A stretch of 64,000 nucleotides of DNA from Setoptus koraiensis (GCA_048013815.1 CM106586.1:13516001-13580000), one strand, 5' to 3'. Positions 1 through 14,063 are shown, counted from the stretch's first letter. Translations and numbers: made by a program. The notes: generated by a model not told the origin, from the sequence alone.

Positions 1-1436
1 GTCTTGCTGAAGTAAAAAAGTGTTGAGGCACGGAATGCCTAAAACAACGATGAAAAATTATGAGAAAAAACAATGATGATGACAGTGTGTTGAAAACTTT
101 TTGCTTTGTTTGAGAATTGCTTCCTCTGTGCTCATACACAAATAGAGCGGTGTGTGGTAGGTATATATATCAACAAATGCTTCTGTCAATTGTATGACGG
201 CTGACTGTGAATATGTCAAAATTGATAATCAAGATTGCTGCCGCTGCTGTTGATGTTGATGTTGTTAGAACTGTGCGATTGATGCTATAGATTTGTAAGG
301 TGTCATAGAATTGTGATGAATTGCGGAAAACTTCAATTCAGCCACCTTGACTGATGTCTGTCGAATAAATGATGACCACCGAATGTTAGTTGTGTTCGGT
401 CGACCCCCCTCTATCGTTTGCTAGTTACCTTCGAGTAACTTCTATCTCGCTCCGTCTCTCTGTCTCTCTCTTTGTCGCTATTCCAGACGGTCGGCGTGTC
501 CGAGTAGCAGTTTGAGCGGCGCGAATGAGCTTGCCGAGGAACAGGGAATTGTTAGAATGTGTGTAAACTTCGTGTGATCTGTTTTCCTTTTGTGATACTG
601 CTATACTACTAGCTGGCTCATCATATCATTCGAGCGACAACCTTCAAGCTATTCGGCATCACTCAATAGTGGACTCTGGTGTATATGTTATGCTATGTAG
701 TGGCTATGATGATGAATTTCCTATACACAACAGGAGCATGTCTATTTTGAGGCAACGGCGGCACATCGAGTCAGAGTTTGTCGAGCGAAGACAGCTCACT
801 GCTAGTACTGCTATGACTGCTCCAGCAACGACAACAACACACCCACCACTGCTAATACTACTGTTACGTCGTCGGCTACTGACCGTGGTGTTAGTGGTCA
901 TTTTGTTCACCCTTTGTTAGTGTGTGCAAAACCATTCGGTGTTAACTTCTTCTTCCTTTGCGCACACAGGATAAGAGCGCTCACTGTCTGGCTCGTTGCC
1001 GTCTAGCCACCTCGCTACCTGGTTGGCTGCCTAGCTAGCTCGATGCTAGCTATTTCGCGTATCGTTGATGCTAAGCTAACTAACGCCAATGATGATTTGA
1101 TTTTTTTTATACACTTCTGTGTTTTGTCGCAACACACATGTGATATAACAAATTCGACAAACTCAGCGGTATACACACTAACACATGCAGAAACACATAG
1201 AAACACAGTCAGGGAGAACCATTGGGAGTCATGATTACAGATCTTGTGTGTGATAGTTGTTAATCAAGGCCTACCTATGTCAGACATGACACCTTATTGG
1301 GCGCATACATAAGTTAACAACAACAATGGACATGAGTTGCCTCCAGAGAGTAGAAGTGATCAAGCTTGGATGATCACGATAAAACGTTTTTCCAGACGTT
1401 TTTCCCACTGGATGGCAGCCGCAATTTTACACAAAT

Positions 1437-1461
1437 ACACACACACACACACACACACACA
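1437..1461. repeat. (AC)n microsatellite
   Basis: Pure AC dinucleotide run read directly. Confidence 0.9.
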
Positions 1462-2103
1462 TGAGCACCTGAGCACATAAAGTGACCAAATTGTACGTGT
1501 CCGACACCATAGCATGTTTAGTTAGACACATTGAAGATGAACGAACTCTCTCACTTGAGTCGCCTTGTTACAGTAATCCAGAAAAGGTGCACAATAGTAA
1601 TTTACAGTGTCATTGTGTGATGAGCTGATATTCAATGATATAATCCGTCTGAACTTCTGAGACCAACATGATCAGATCAGATTATTTGTGATGAGCTGAG
1701 AATTCGTCATCTCCTCTCAATGCCTCTCGTTGGGTTGGATTTGATTGGGTCGGATCCGCTCCGCTCCGATCCGGTGCAATCATCTGGTAACCTTTTTGAA
1801 TTAGTTTTCATCTTGGCTCTGTTAACCATTTAGCTCAACTAACACAGCGCCACTATCTAATATAGTGTGTTGGAGGCAATCTCATTCATAGTCAAATGGA
1901 GGCTATTTTACAATTTAGCCAACCACCTCTCTGGACCACTCAGATGGTCATGATTTATTCTATGGTGATGCTGTTACTGCCAATGAGAGACGCTAACAAT
2001 AACAACAACAGCACACTGATTTGTTGCATAGCAGAGAATTGCATCTATTTCTGGTTACTTTGGTGGTCACCCACAGAAGACTTGTTGTTGCTGTTGTTAG
2101 TGT

Positions 2104-2108
<5 letters not shown>

Positions 2109-2135
<27 letters not shown>
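2109..2135. repeat. (AG)n microsatellite
   Basis: Pure AG run read directly. Confidence 0.9.
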
Positions 2136-4715
2136 ATTTTCCATACACTGCTTGAGAGCAACAAACAACAAACAGCACACAACAGCAACAGCAGCAGCAG
2201 CGATTTTGGCGATGAGCAAAGAGAAGGTCTGTGAGATAATGATGCATCAATATATAAATCGGAGCTAGGGTTCAAATTGGTTGGGCCGGAATCAGCTATT
2301 AAACTAGGTATATCGTAGGATATAAGTATTGAATAACCAGAATGAACTAATAATAATAATGTGTATGCAATGATCTGTGCTTGCTAAACGATTGTGATAG
2401 TATGAATGAATCCTTTGTATTTATCGAGTTACTAGTTGTCTTCCTCTTTATACAGTCAGTCAGTCTTTGTTCTAAGTAATATTAAGTTCAATTAAGGAAT
2501 CAAGGGATTGCATGCAGGATGATCAGTTGCGAGAAGAAGAGAGGGAGCGAGAGAGCAAAGATCACATAATAATAATAATAATCATAATCACAAGCACTAG
2601 TGCGTCGGCACTTACGCATACCAATCTCGTTGCGTCATAAAGATCAAAAACGATCATTCGTTTGCTTATCCTTTTTATCCAGCGCTATTATTGTGTTTGA
2701 GTCGCGCGCAAACCTGCCTGTGTGTGCCTCTCGCTCTGACTGTGTGATTGGCATCAGTGCCGATCGATGATGAAGATTCTTGGCTCGTCTTGTTGTCTTA
2801 TTATTATGTTTAAACACCATTTTAGGACAGCGACGAGTCAATTAGGATGACGGTGCAAGCTTCTATGTTGTTCCCATTTTTTTTTCTTCTGCCTCTGCCT
2901 CTTGCCGCCGCTGATCATGGCATCGGCGAGAATAGGAAATGATCATGATCTCCGCTGAAACAATTATATATCTATCGATTGATTAGACTCGACTGACTCC
3001 ATGAGAGACTGTGTCTAATGACAAGGAAAAAAATCAATCTGTGGCAGATCGATACCTATGCAAGGTCACACTTGCTGAGTTGATGCTGAGGCGGCCGGCT
3101 TGCGCCAGTCAGCTAGGCCGGATTTGCCGGTCGCGTTGAGCGCCATACAGAGTTCATCCTATAGATTGTATCCGCAGATTTGTAAGATAAACCACAGAAA
3201 TGACAGAGTTATAGATGGACAAAAATACTTGCCCTTGCTTGGAGGAAAGGTTAATGTCATACTGTGAGCACACATGACAACAAATTGATGACAAAATTCA
3301 GTTATCTGCCGAGGCAGCAATCTCACGCTTTATTTAATATGTCCGTTAAGTTGTGTGTGTGTCACATGTACCAACCAACCAGCCAGCCAGCCGACCAACA
3401 TGCATCAGATACGACAACATACAAACAATGTCATGCCAAATTATGTGACTATCGCAATGACTCAATGCGTGATTCTTTGTGTTTGTGTCGACAAGCAACC
3501 GTAATTGCGTGAACACCGAACGAACAATTTTTCTATTCAATGCTACGACTCTCTCCATGCCAATATATCTGGCACATTCGTTCGGAAATTCAGTGTATCA
3601 CTAACACTGTTTGTGTTTACCAAAATCCACTTGTCTCTTGTTGTTTCAGTTGGCATGTCCGCGTGGAGGTCAACTCAAATCACTGGAGGCATTCGCTCCA
3701 GTCACCACTGCTGTGCCCCAGGCTATTCGTGTCGTTCCGTCGTCGCATGACAAATAACCGAGTAAGTATGCGAGTTGCGAACCATGCTCACCATGTCAGC
3801 ATAGTTTGTATTGTTTTTGAGCAATTATCAACAGTAACATCTTTGATTGTCACGTAACAATTTGTAGCTTGATTGGACATGTCCAGTTATGCTGCCCCAG
3901 AGCACGTACGAGCCGCGCTGAAGCTGAATATAACAGGCTCATCCGCAAGTTCAACCCGTGGTGTGCAAGGGCGATAGGGCTAGTTTGTAAGCGAGCGCTT
4001 CCACTGTAAATAAGAAGCAATCCAGTGTAATGTTAAATAATAGACTATTTGTACAGTTATGTGTTCCACAACAAAAGCGCAGTTCAGCGTGCGTCTGTTA
4101 CGCAATTGTTGTATCCACCTATAAGCCAATGGTCAAGTGTGTAAGCCATGCTGTGTGTCTGTCCGATAGCGGTAGTAATGTAGCGTTAGTACAAGTATAG
4201 CCAGGTAGATGTGAACTTGCGGTCATCGCAGCAAAGAGCAACATGTATTGACGACAGTGACAACATACAATGCCAGTGCACATCCTATGTCATGTCTGGC
4301 CATTCTGTTCAATGTATGATCTTTTGTTTTGTTCTAAACATTGTCATGATCATGATAGAAGATCAATAACTATGCTATTGCTACCACTATGATTAATGGT
4401 GTATCTATTTGTCGCACAACACAACACAACAACGGCAGCAGTTGATGTGATGTCTTGTGTTGTTGTCAACTGTTAATGTGTCCACACATTGGTCGACAGT
4501 GCAACAAGTGCATGCCTTGATAGTTTGGTGATATCCAAGGTGAGCTGTCGTTGTTGCATTGTGGAGCATGCATTGTAGAGTCGCTAGAAATGTTGTTATT
4601 GTTGTTGTTGCAGCAGCGGTAGTAGCCACTGCTGTAGTGGTAATTGTTGAGCAGTTGAAGCAATAATAATAGAGGCAGTGGTAGTAGTAGGTTACAAGTA
4701 TTGAGTTAATTGAAG

Positions 4716-4740
4716 AATATATATATATATATATATATAA
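4716..4740. repeat. (AT)n microsatellite
   Basis: AT dinucleotide run read directly. Confidence 0.85.
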
Positions 4741-5654
4741 AACGATTCTGCACCGTTTTGTGACCATAAACACAACTGTGACTCAACTGAGAGTTTCACA
4801 AGATATCACAACAACCACACACACCTATACACCATAAACTCACCATAGATTTATGACCTTTGAACCACTGGTAGTGCACCAATGCAGCACTAAGCTGCTA
4901 TGGGAGATGCCTCACAAATCCTACAATTATCTTGACGTTATGTGTGAGTGAATCCTCCATTGGGACATATGGCACATTTTATAATTATACAATCTTTTCA
5001 TCACACAGCACCATTATAATGATATCAATATCTTACCTGTGTATTTGTCTGTCTGTTTGTCACAAACAGTTCGTGCGTGATTTCACACTGTGAAACATAT
5101 TGTCACCTCACAAACAATTTACACACATGTTGTTGCACAGGCGATCTTGGTATTTTGTTAGCTCAATTGACAAGAAGCAAGTTAATAGGTGCTAGACGCA
5201 ATATTGCAACCAACTCTATGAGACATCTAGCGGTTGCTATTTGTTGAAACTGACAATCCGACCATGTTGAATACAACAGACTTGAATAGGACGGCAGTGG
5301 CGCCTGTCGGGTCAGAACAACACTAGCTTGATGTGAAATGGTTTACATGTTACAGAAAGCGACACCTGTTGTTATCTGTAATAATATCCATTCGAGATTG
5401 TCATTGCTGAATTCTTTAGCGAAGGAAAAAAGTTTTTCGAAACAAGCGCCAAGCTCTCTAAGCATTACATCATTCTAACAAAATGGTGGGAGGGCAATTC
5501 TCTCTTTCGAAGCGCCAATGCAATCACAAGTGAAAGTGGATGAATGAAGTTTATTCTTCAAGTTTATAACTATCATCATCACAGCTACTGCTACCAATCA
5601 ATCAATTGATCCATCGATCCTGGCGAGAAACACAACCTTATATTGAATACAATA

Positions 5655-5795
5655 TAGAGAAAATATTATGTACATACACGAATATAGTAGTATACTGCAT
5701 ACATATATATGTATATATAGAATATATTTATCCCCATGAATATATATGTATATATGTATGTATGTGTGCATTTGAGCATGTATATTGAGGTGTAT
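5655..5795. repeat. Degenerate TA/TATG low-complexity tract
   Basis: Interrupted TATA/TATG/TACA repeats. Confidence 0.7.
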
Positions 5796-6108
5796 ATTCA
5801 AACAACCGATCACTACCACTTGCACAGAACGATACAACATCTACATCAGAGCAGAATATAATTCACACTTTACAATATTTACAAGATCTTACCGCCGACT
5901 CTTACCTGCACATATCTCCAGAAATCCTTTGCTACACATCTACAACAATTGATGCGAAAACTGTTAACTTGCATCACAGAAACTAATAACACAGCATAAG
6001 TGAAAATCAATTCAAAAAAATAATATCCACCTAGCTCGACATAAACATAAAGGACGGAAGTGCTGGGACACCATTTCCAGACCCAGTCGCGATTTCAACA
6101 AATCCAAT

Positions 6109-9100
6109 ATGGCTTCTAAGACAAAACTGAGGAGGCTACACATGAAGCGGGCCCAATGTACCTTAATGGTCCTCATGGTGGCCAAATTAGCGTTAGACTT
6201 AGATTCGCTTCAAGTGATTTGTGTTCCACCAACAACAGAACCGCCTGTTAGTAGATTTACAAATACTTATGTCGGTCCGTTAGCACCTATAAGTGATATT
6301 GTTTTAGACACTAGCCAATCGCAGAATCCTTTAGTGCCAGCTAACAGCAAAAAAAATACCTATTCAAATCCAAGTGAGAAAGACGCTATAGATATGAAGA
6401 GTACCTCAAACAACAATCGAGAACTGTTGTTGCCTTCAGAAGTCAGCCAATCAGCAACGAGTGCTTTCGAGGGAAACAGTTATAGTAATGACAACAATTT
6501 AGAACTACCTAGATCCTCTAAAGCTCAAGCAGATTTAATAAGCAATCATTCCGCTAACGATCCTAATTTTGACAAGCCATTAGATATGACAGAAGATGAA
6601 AGTGCCCATACAGAATTTGATAAAGCTATCTACCAGGATATCAAGAGAATAGATAGGAATAACGATAAAAATAAAAATAACTCCAATTCGCTCGACAAAA
6701 CTCCGTCGATTAAAAGAGAAGAATTTAATGTAATACTCAAGAAGAAAAAATTGGTTTACGTTGAGGGTAATGAGAGGGACATGGACAATTCTAGCCATAT
6801 ATTCGTGAAGAATACTGGTCCAGCATACAGGATGCAGACAAACATAGCAAAGAGTTTTGGTGATCTAACATCAGAGAGCTCCCTAAGTGATTCACCTGAC
6901 ATCTTCTCATCATCAACAGTACCTCCATTTATAGAGCCATCTAATCAGCAATCTCCAATTATATCGACATCAAAGCCATTATATGATGTCAGCGAATTGG
7001 TCCCTAGCGCCAACATCACTTCGTCTGATACGATGACATCTCAGCCAATGATTGCATTGGAATCAAAAACACCGGAGCACGATTCAAACTGTGCTCTTGT
7101 TTTGAAGCGAACCTATGTGATAAAGCCAGAAAAACGTGACAATGACGAGTGGGGAGAAAATTTCGTATTCAATGACATTGACGGAAAGAAAAAGTAAGTG
7201 CGATAGACAAAAAATTATCTCGCATGTTTGTGAAGAGGAACATGCATGTCGTTATCATGTTTTTTGTTTTTGCTGTTGTTGTTCAACTTGCCTACTCCAT
7301 TATACAATTTAGTCTGTGTAGAACTATTAAAAAATAGTTGCAAATATACCAATAGATCACACAGCTACAAATCGCTTGTAATCTTGCATCTATAGTGTCA
7401 GTTAGTCTAAGATTGTATTCTGTCAGTAGGATGACATCAATTTAGACCAGTCTAACAAGAGGACCTCCTCCTCCTCTTAACGTCTAGCCAGTTAGCAATC
7501 ACCTGTTGGTAGTCATCATGAAATTGTTTGTCGAGTTACATTAGCACACACTGGATGTATATGTGTGTGGTATGACGATGCCGATGCGGTTAGGGATGGG
7601 GATGGGGATGAGTATGATCGCCATGACTGCCACCTAATAATTAAAACCGATAAATTCTGGCTAGCTACATACTAACCGAGGGAGAGAGAGAGAGAGGTGA
7701 CACATAATTGTTGTTGCAAAACCGTTATATCATACAGAAAAGGCACAGAATGTGCAGAATTGTTTGGAACAGCGCATGCTTCAGTACTTGGTTGTTCTGC
7801 TCGCTAATTCGCGTTTGAACAATCTGTGCCGATGCGCACGACATCTAAGTGAGGGAATTCAATACACCACCTTTATATGATTTTACAAGATTCTTTTTTG
7901 ACTTTGTATAACAAAAAAGCGCTCGCTTAGTCAGTCTAGTCACTCAAAAGCCAACGGTAGGAACGTTGGAAGTGATAGTTGTAGGAGCAATCTTACTATT
8001 GTGATGCAATGTAGCGAAGGAGGTAGAGGAAGAGCAAATACCACTTTCTCTTCTGATCATCGATTTGTTGCAGCAGCTAATATCAATCAGCGCCACCACT
8101 GATGTAGATGGCTAGACAAGGCTAGGTCCAACTATCAAGACCGAACAGAGAGCCATCAAAAGAGAAGATCTTGCCCAGATGCGTAGTTGGAAGGACTAGC
8201 CAGTCATCGACAAGTATAATGACAAGTACTAGTAAGATGCTGCCGTGGTTGTCGTAGTCATTGCTGTTGCTGTTGTCGATGCGGAGGTTGTGGTGGTGGT
8301 TGTGGCGCCTTCTTTAATTCAATTGATAGTTAGGCTTTATCTAAACCACGACACTGTTACACGATGATTGATCAAAGAAGCTACCTGAAGAAACCTCTTG
8401 AGATATTTGAAACTCTTGACTCTTGACTATGGCATGTGTCTCGCAGCCCAGTGTAAAACCATTAACCTGTAAGCATTGGAATCATTTATGTATCGATGTC
8501 TGTAGTGACGAGATGCAACACTTGTGGTATCTGTTGTAGCCACCGGTGGTTGCTTTAGCTGTTGTTGTCGTTGTCGTTGGGTTGTTTTGTGTATCAATTA
8601 TCATCAGAGAGACAGAGACAGAGAGAGAGACAGAGAGAGTTTTGTTATATGTAAGCCATCAGTCGACTGCTGCAAGCGAATGTATCACAATAGCACAACA
8701 ATGATACAAAATATATATACGAAATAGTGGTTGTTGCCTTTGAGTGTAGTGGCATGTTAATACTGGTTATGGATACAACAAGGATCCCGAGAGAGAGAGA
8801 ATGTCGGCACCTTAAATTGTATCACATTGGTACACACTTTGCGAACATGCTCACATTTGCTTATGTGATATTTTTTTTTATCTTTTAGCATTTTATCTTC
8901 TTTTCTTGAGTTTATTATATATCGGGAATTGGCTTAGTTAGTAAATCATACTACTACGACCACTTGTATATGGACTGTGTGCAGGTAGGGTTCATTCGCT
9001 TTAGTAGTAGACGAATGATAGCATTATTATAAGTGGTAAGCAATTGACATCAAGTTACTTTGTATATTTTCGTTCTATCATTTATCAAATGCAATATGCT

Positions 9101-12100
9101 ACAGGTAGATTGTCAGTGATATCCCTTAGCCTTTCTTCTTTTTTCCAACTCTCTTACCACAAAATTTGATTCACATCGCAATAACGGTGCGCTTCAACCA
9201 ATTCGAGCGCTCTCTCGGAAATTATTCTTTCTCGTTTTATCCTTCCAATGCTTTACTTTATAATTTGCTTATACAAACAATAATAATGATAATAATGAAC
9301 AACAATAAACCGAAAGTTCATTTATCAGTATGATACAGTAACATGACCATACTGTCAGTAAGGACAATTATGAGCGAGTCAGCATCACAATATTTAATTT
9401 TTTTGTTCCTCTTACACAATAACACCGCTTTACATGCTTATTGAATTAGTGTCCAAAACGCGATATAATGAAACTTGGTTGTGTCACATCAAATATTGTT
9501 TATAGTTCAATGTAGAGAGATCATAATAGTTTTATCTGTAGATTGTTGTTCAATAAACGAATTCTCTTGTTCTCTCACCTCTTTTGAATATATCATTTGA
9601 TACAATAATTGTGTGGTGGGTGACCTGGCTCATACATACTACACATACATTCGTGTGGTTATCTCTCTGCCTGGCTTGAATCGATAACACGTGAACTAAC
9701 GAACAAAATTTTTATCCGAACATCTTCCTATTAAATTTGTTGCTGCCCTCTGATAACATGTAATAATATCACTGATATGGTTGGGTCACAATATCGCTTA
9801 ATCTATTATTCTAACTATGTCAACAGAAGTGCATCACTCAAATCAATTTCAACTGTTTGCGTGAGACATGTTGATGTTAATCGTGCCATTGCTGAAGCCA
9901 AACACAAGATCAAATTCGAGAGGCCAGATAATTTGGGTAGTTTAGAGGTGCCATCCACTTCCATAAACACATTGGGGGAATTGACTTTAGCTACATCTCA
10001 ATTATTAATCAAGAAATTTGATTTATCACATGACGAGGTACTCAATGCTTTGCCCATGATAGACATGTCGTCTACAACATTGTATTGGAATCAATTATGT
10101 CCGAAATTTGTCCGACCAATGCATTGCTCAAAATCCCGTTATAGAACAATCACAGCGCATTGCAACAACTTGAAACATCCGGCTTGGGGCGCCTCCAAGA
10201 CTCCATACTCGAGATATATGCCTCCAGATTATGCTGACGGTCTACAGGAACCACGTAAATCTAAGACGGGCGAACCACTACCATCCGCTAGACTAATAAC
10301 ATCTATTGTTCATAGAGATGTTGATAATCCAACACACGATTTGTCGATACTTTTCATGAGCTGGGGACAGCTCTTGGATCATGACTTGACGAGGGCTGCT
10401 CAAGCTGAGGGTGAGTAAAAGATCAGTAAAGAATATCCCAGTAACTAATCATTATCGTCTTCATTGACTAATCTCTCATTCAATTTTTCCTTGCCTCTGC
10501 ACTCATCTTCAGCTCCTGACTGCTGCCCACAGTACTTGAAAGGATTGTGCTTCCCAATACCCGTGCCAGAGAACGATCATTTCTACCGGAAGTTCAATGT
10601 GAAATGTCTCAAATTCGACCGTTCGCCAGCGGCTATCAAGCCCAAATGCTTGTTAGGTAAATGCGCAATAAATCACAATCACAAATCTACCACTGACAGG
10701 CATTATAATTATAGCTCATAATAATATAGTCACATTATAAACTTGTGTATTTTGCATTTCATTTCCACACAAAAAGGTCCAAGAGCACAAATCAACGAGG
10801 TGACATCGCCCATCGATGCAAGCTTTGTTTACGGTTCCACCAAGTCGTTGGCTGACATGCTACGGAAATTTGTCGATGGCAAAATGAAAGTTTGGAATTA
10901 TTTTAGTGAGCTCAAATTGAAGCCCTTACTACCGCCTAAGGAGGAGAAACCAGATGAAGAATGTGTGGCAAGACCTAAGGGACTATATTGTTTCCTTGCT
11001 GGAGATGTTAGGGTCAACGAACAAACTCACCTGACGGTGCTTCATACCTTGTATGTCAGGGAGCATAATCGCATGGCCAAGATATTGGGGAATTTGAATC
11101 TGGATTGGAGCGACGAGAAAATATATCAAGAAGTTAGACATATTACGGCAGCTGGAGTGCAACATGTACTCATTACAGAATTCTTGCCCCTGTTGCTTGG
11201 AAACAAACATATGAAAGAGTACGGTGTTCAATCGACGAAAGAAGGATACGATCCAACAGTTACAACAAGTACAGGTACGGCTTTTGCGGCCGCAGCCTTT
11301 CGCTATGGCCATTCCATGATTCAAGGCATGGTTAGACGTTATGATAAGTTTCACAAATTTATCAAAGGAGAACTGTTGAGATATCTGTTCAAAAGACCAT
11401 TCTTGATATACGAACCGGGAGTTATGGATGAATTGATTGGTGGACTTATAAACACCCCATCCCAGAATACTGACCCTTTTGTTACGGAGGATGTTAGTGG
11501 TCACCTGTTTCAGCCTCCAAAAGCTCAATTTGGTCACGACCTACCCGCCATAAACATTCAGAGAGGTACGTACTTAGACATGGACTTCTCTTAGGGTTAA
11601 ATTTTCAATTACTAAATCAATACTAAAACTGAACTCTCCATGATCTTTAATATAGGTCGCGACCAAGGGGTACCGGGATACAATGATTGGCGAGAATGGT
11701 GCGGCTTGCCTAGAGCGAAATCTTTCTCCGATTTAGAGTTTCATTTAACAAACCGAACAGCCCACCACTATTCACGCATATATAAACATGTTGACGATAT
11801 AGATCTTTGGTCGGCCGGTGTGTCTGAGAGGAAGGTTCCAGGCACACAAGTTGGACCTACGTTTGCGTGTATTATATCTAGACAGTTTGCAAACACCAAG
11901 AGAGGAGATAGGTTCTGGCACGAGAATATGAAGCAGCCATCTTCTTTCACACCCGAACAATTGAAAGAAATCAAAAAGATCACATTAGCCAAAATATTAT
12001 GCACAAATGCAGATGATTTGCCAACTATACAACCATGGGCCCTCAGATTACCACATCCAATTTACAATGCAAGGGTTCCATGTGAATCTTTGCCGAGTAT

Positions 12101-12134
12101 CAATCTGAAGCTCTGGGATGCAAAAGCTGGTTGA
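6109..12134 (+). CDS. Animal heme peroxidase (chorion peroxidase/peroxinectin-like) with a long N-terminal extension, 5 exons, ~1026 aa
   Basis: Exons 6109-7193, 9827-10410, 10513-10656, 10777-11565, 11656-12134. All introns are GT-AG with matching phases, and the total of 3081 nt is divisible by 3. Motifs: YRTITAHCNNLKHPAWG, distal His WGQLLDHDL, GDVRVNE, proximal His AFRYGHSMI, NIQRGRDQG, DDIDLW, KRGDRFWHEN. Confidence 0.92.
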
Positions 12135-13011
12135 TTGGCAGGTAATATAGAGCTGTAATATGCTTCGGGTATGATAGGGTTTTTGTATCGAAATTAGTTT
12201 TGTACCATAGTTTTTCAATTGTGTATATACATTTTTATATATCTACAAATATAATTATAAATTTCAAGATTTTACTCTCTTTATTTTTTTCTTTTTGTGA
12301 TTAATAGAACAAACACGCTAGCCCTTGTGTATGTGTGTGTGTGCAGCTTGAGCCATGATGATCTCGATTGTAGGTAAATTGAATGCCACAACACTGCTCG
12401 ATCATGAATAGGATAATGTCTGAGAATACTAGAGCCGGGTAGTTATTCCGATGTTGTTGGCTAAAGAATAAAATTAAATTCTCGTTAGTATTGTATAGTT
12501 TTTGCATAAAATCCATGATGATGATGGGAGCTTATTCATGTTGAATTAAGAGTAACACTCAATGTCTCATGCTGCTGATGTAGATGGAAGATGATGTCTT
12601 TAGTGCACCTCTGTTATGTCAAGCCCGCCGTCAAAGAGGAAGGTGTTGCTCACCACAAAATGTCTGTATGTATATTATTACTTTAAGATGTGTGTGTGTT
12701 TGTGTGTAGTGTACATGTATGCATTTGTATAAATGTATGTATATATATTTTTATAGTACGTTTATATATATATATATTTACTCCATATATATGTGTGTAG
12801 ATAATTATTGTGTTTAGGTGTGTTGCGATATGGTATCGGGTAGTCTGGGTGAATCAGAAAAGATGATCTGACAATCGCTCAATCATGATTTACTCGATAT
12901 GATTTGGGTGTGTGATCGTGTAGCGATAAGTTCGAATTGACTTAACTGTTGATCAATCAATTGTATTATTATAGTTTTTTGTTTTGTTTTGCGTTAGTGT
13001 AATCCATTATT

Positions 13012-13551
13012 TCACGCCTTCGCCTTAGCTTTACTGGGAGCCTTCTTTTTGGGGCTCTTGGCGGTGGTTTGTTTTTTGGCCGGCGACGTTTTAGCGGGTG
13101 CCTTTTTGGCTTGAGTTTTGGCTGGCGCCTTTTTGGGCTTTGGCGTGCTGGCTTTCTTTGCTGGCGAGGCAGCGGCGGTTTTAGTTGCGGTAGCGGCAGA
13201 CTTGCTAGGCGTTGCCTTCTTGTTTGCTGCGGAGGCGGCTTTTGTCTTCTTAGCCGGTGTGGCCGTCGTCTTCTTTGCCGAGCTAGCCTTAGGCGCTGGC
13301 TTTGCGGGCGATTTGGCGGGCGACTTGGCGGGCGACTTTACGGGCGACGCCGGAGCGGGTGCTGCGGCGGGCTTGCTGGGGCTGGCGGCGGGCGCCTTTT
13401 TAGCGGGAGAGGCGCTTTTGGCTGGCTTTTTGGCTGGCGCCTTTTTTGCTGCAGGTGCCTTCTTCGTCACTCCTGCTGGCTTCTTGGCGGGCGACGCTGC
13501 CTTCTTGGGTCTGCCTCTGCTCGATGCTGATTTGTCGCTTGCTGCAGCCAT
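13012..13551 (-). CDS. Histone H1 tail-like K/A/P/S-rich basic protein with an N-terminal AT-hook and no globular domain, 179 aa, intronless
   Basis: ORF made almost entirely of K, A, P, S and T. RGRP core at residues 12-15, many S/T-P-x-K motifs (SPAK, SPVK, TPAK, SPKK), AT-rich 5' flank and good start context (aataATGG). Confidence 0.8.
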   Translation of the reverse strand: MAAASDKSASSRGRPKKAASPAKKPAGVTKKAPAAKKAPAKKPAKSASPAKKAPAASPSKPAAAPAPASPVKSPAKSPAKSPAKPAPKASSAKKTTATPAKKTKAASAANKKATPSKSAATATKTAAASPAKKASTPKPKKAPAKTQAKKAPAKTSPAKKQTTAKSPKKKAPSKAKAKA

Positions 13552-13679
13552 TATTGTTTAATTTATTATATTTAATTAATTATTATAGTCAATATATTAT
13601 TATTTGATGTATTGATGAATATTGTCGCAAAGTTGTTGTTACTTTCAACAGCTTGCAAGTTTGTTTTGTTTTACTTGTT

Positions 13680-13722
13680 TGTGTGTGTGTGTGTGTGTGT
13701 ATGTGTGTGTAAGTGTGTGTGC
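13680..13722. repeat. (GT)n microsatellite, interrupted
   Basis: Read directly. Confidence 0.85.
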
Positions 13723-14063
13723 GTTGAATCGATGGTGGTATTGTTGTCGAATGTCGGACTGATCCTCTGCTGGCAACGAATAAAATAAATAAAATCTCGT
13801 TACTCGATATTATAATGTCAATCAGTGTGTGTAATATGTGTAATAATATTTAATATATACGTGTAGTTAATTTAGGAGAAAAGCGGGCATAAAGACAAGA
13901 AACGCGAATGTAAGAATTGGATGAGATGTGATATTTTTCTAACAGTTTTGAGCGTACACATTAAAATAAACAGCACACAACTCACGTTTGTTGTGGTAGT
14001 AAAAGCAGCAGCAACAGTGAAAAGCGTTCGTTTATTCGTTCGTTCGTTCGTTCACACAGACGC

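Noticed and set aside
12850-13011. Replication-dependent histone 3' stem-loop downstream of the H1-like gene
   Set aside because: The canonical 16-nt stem-loop is not present.
13069-13561. Two additional minus-strand ORFs (153 and 147 aa as listed) over the H1-like gene
   Set aside because: They appear to be shadow readings of the GC-rich repetitive K/A/P codons, with no independent signals.
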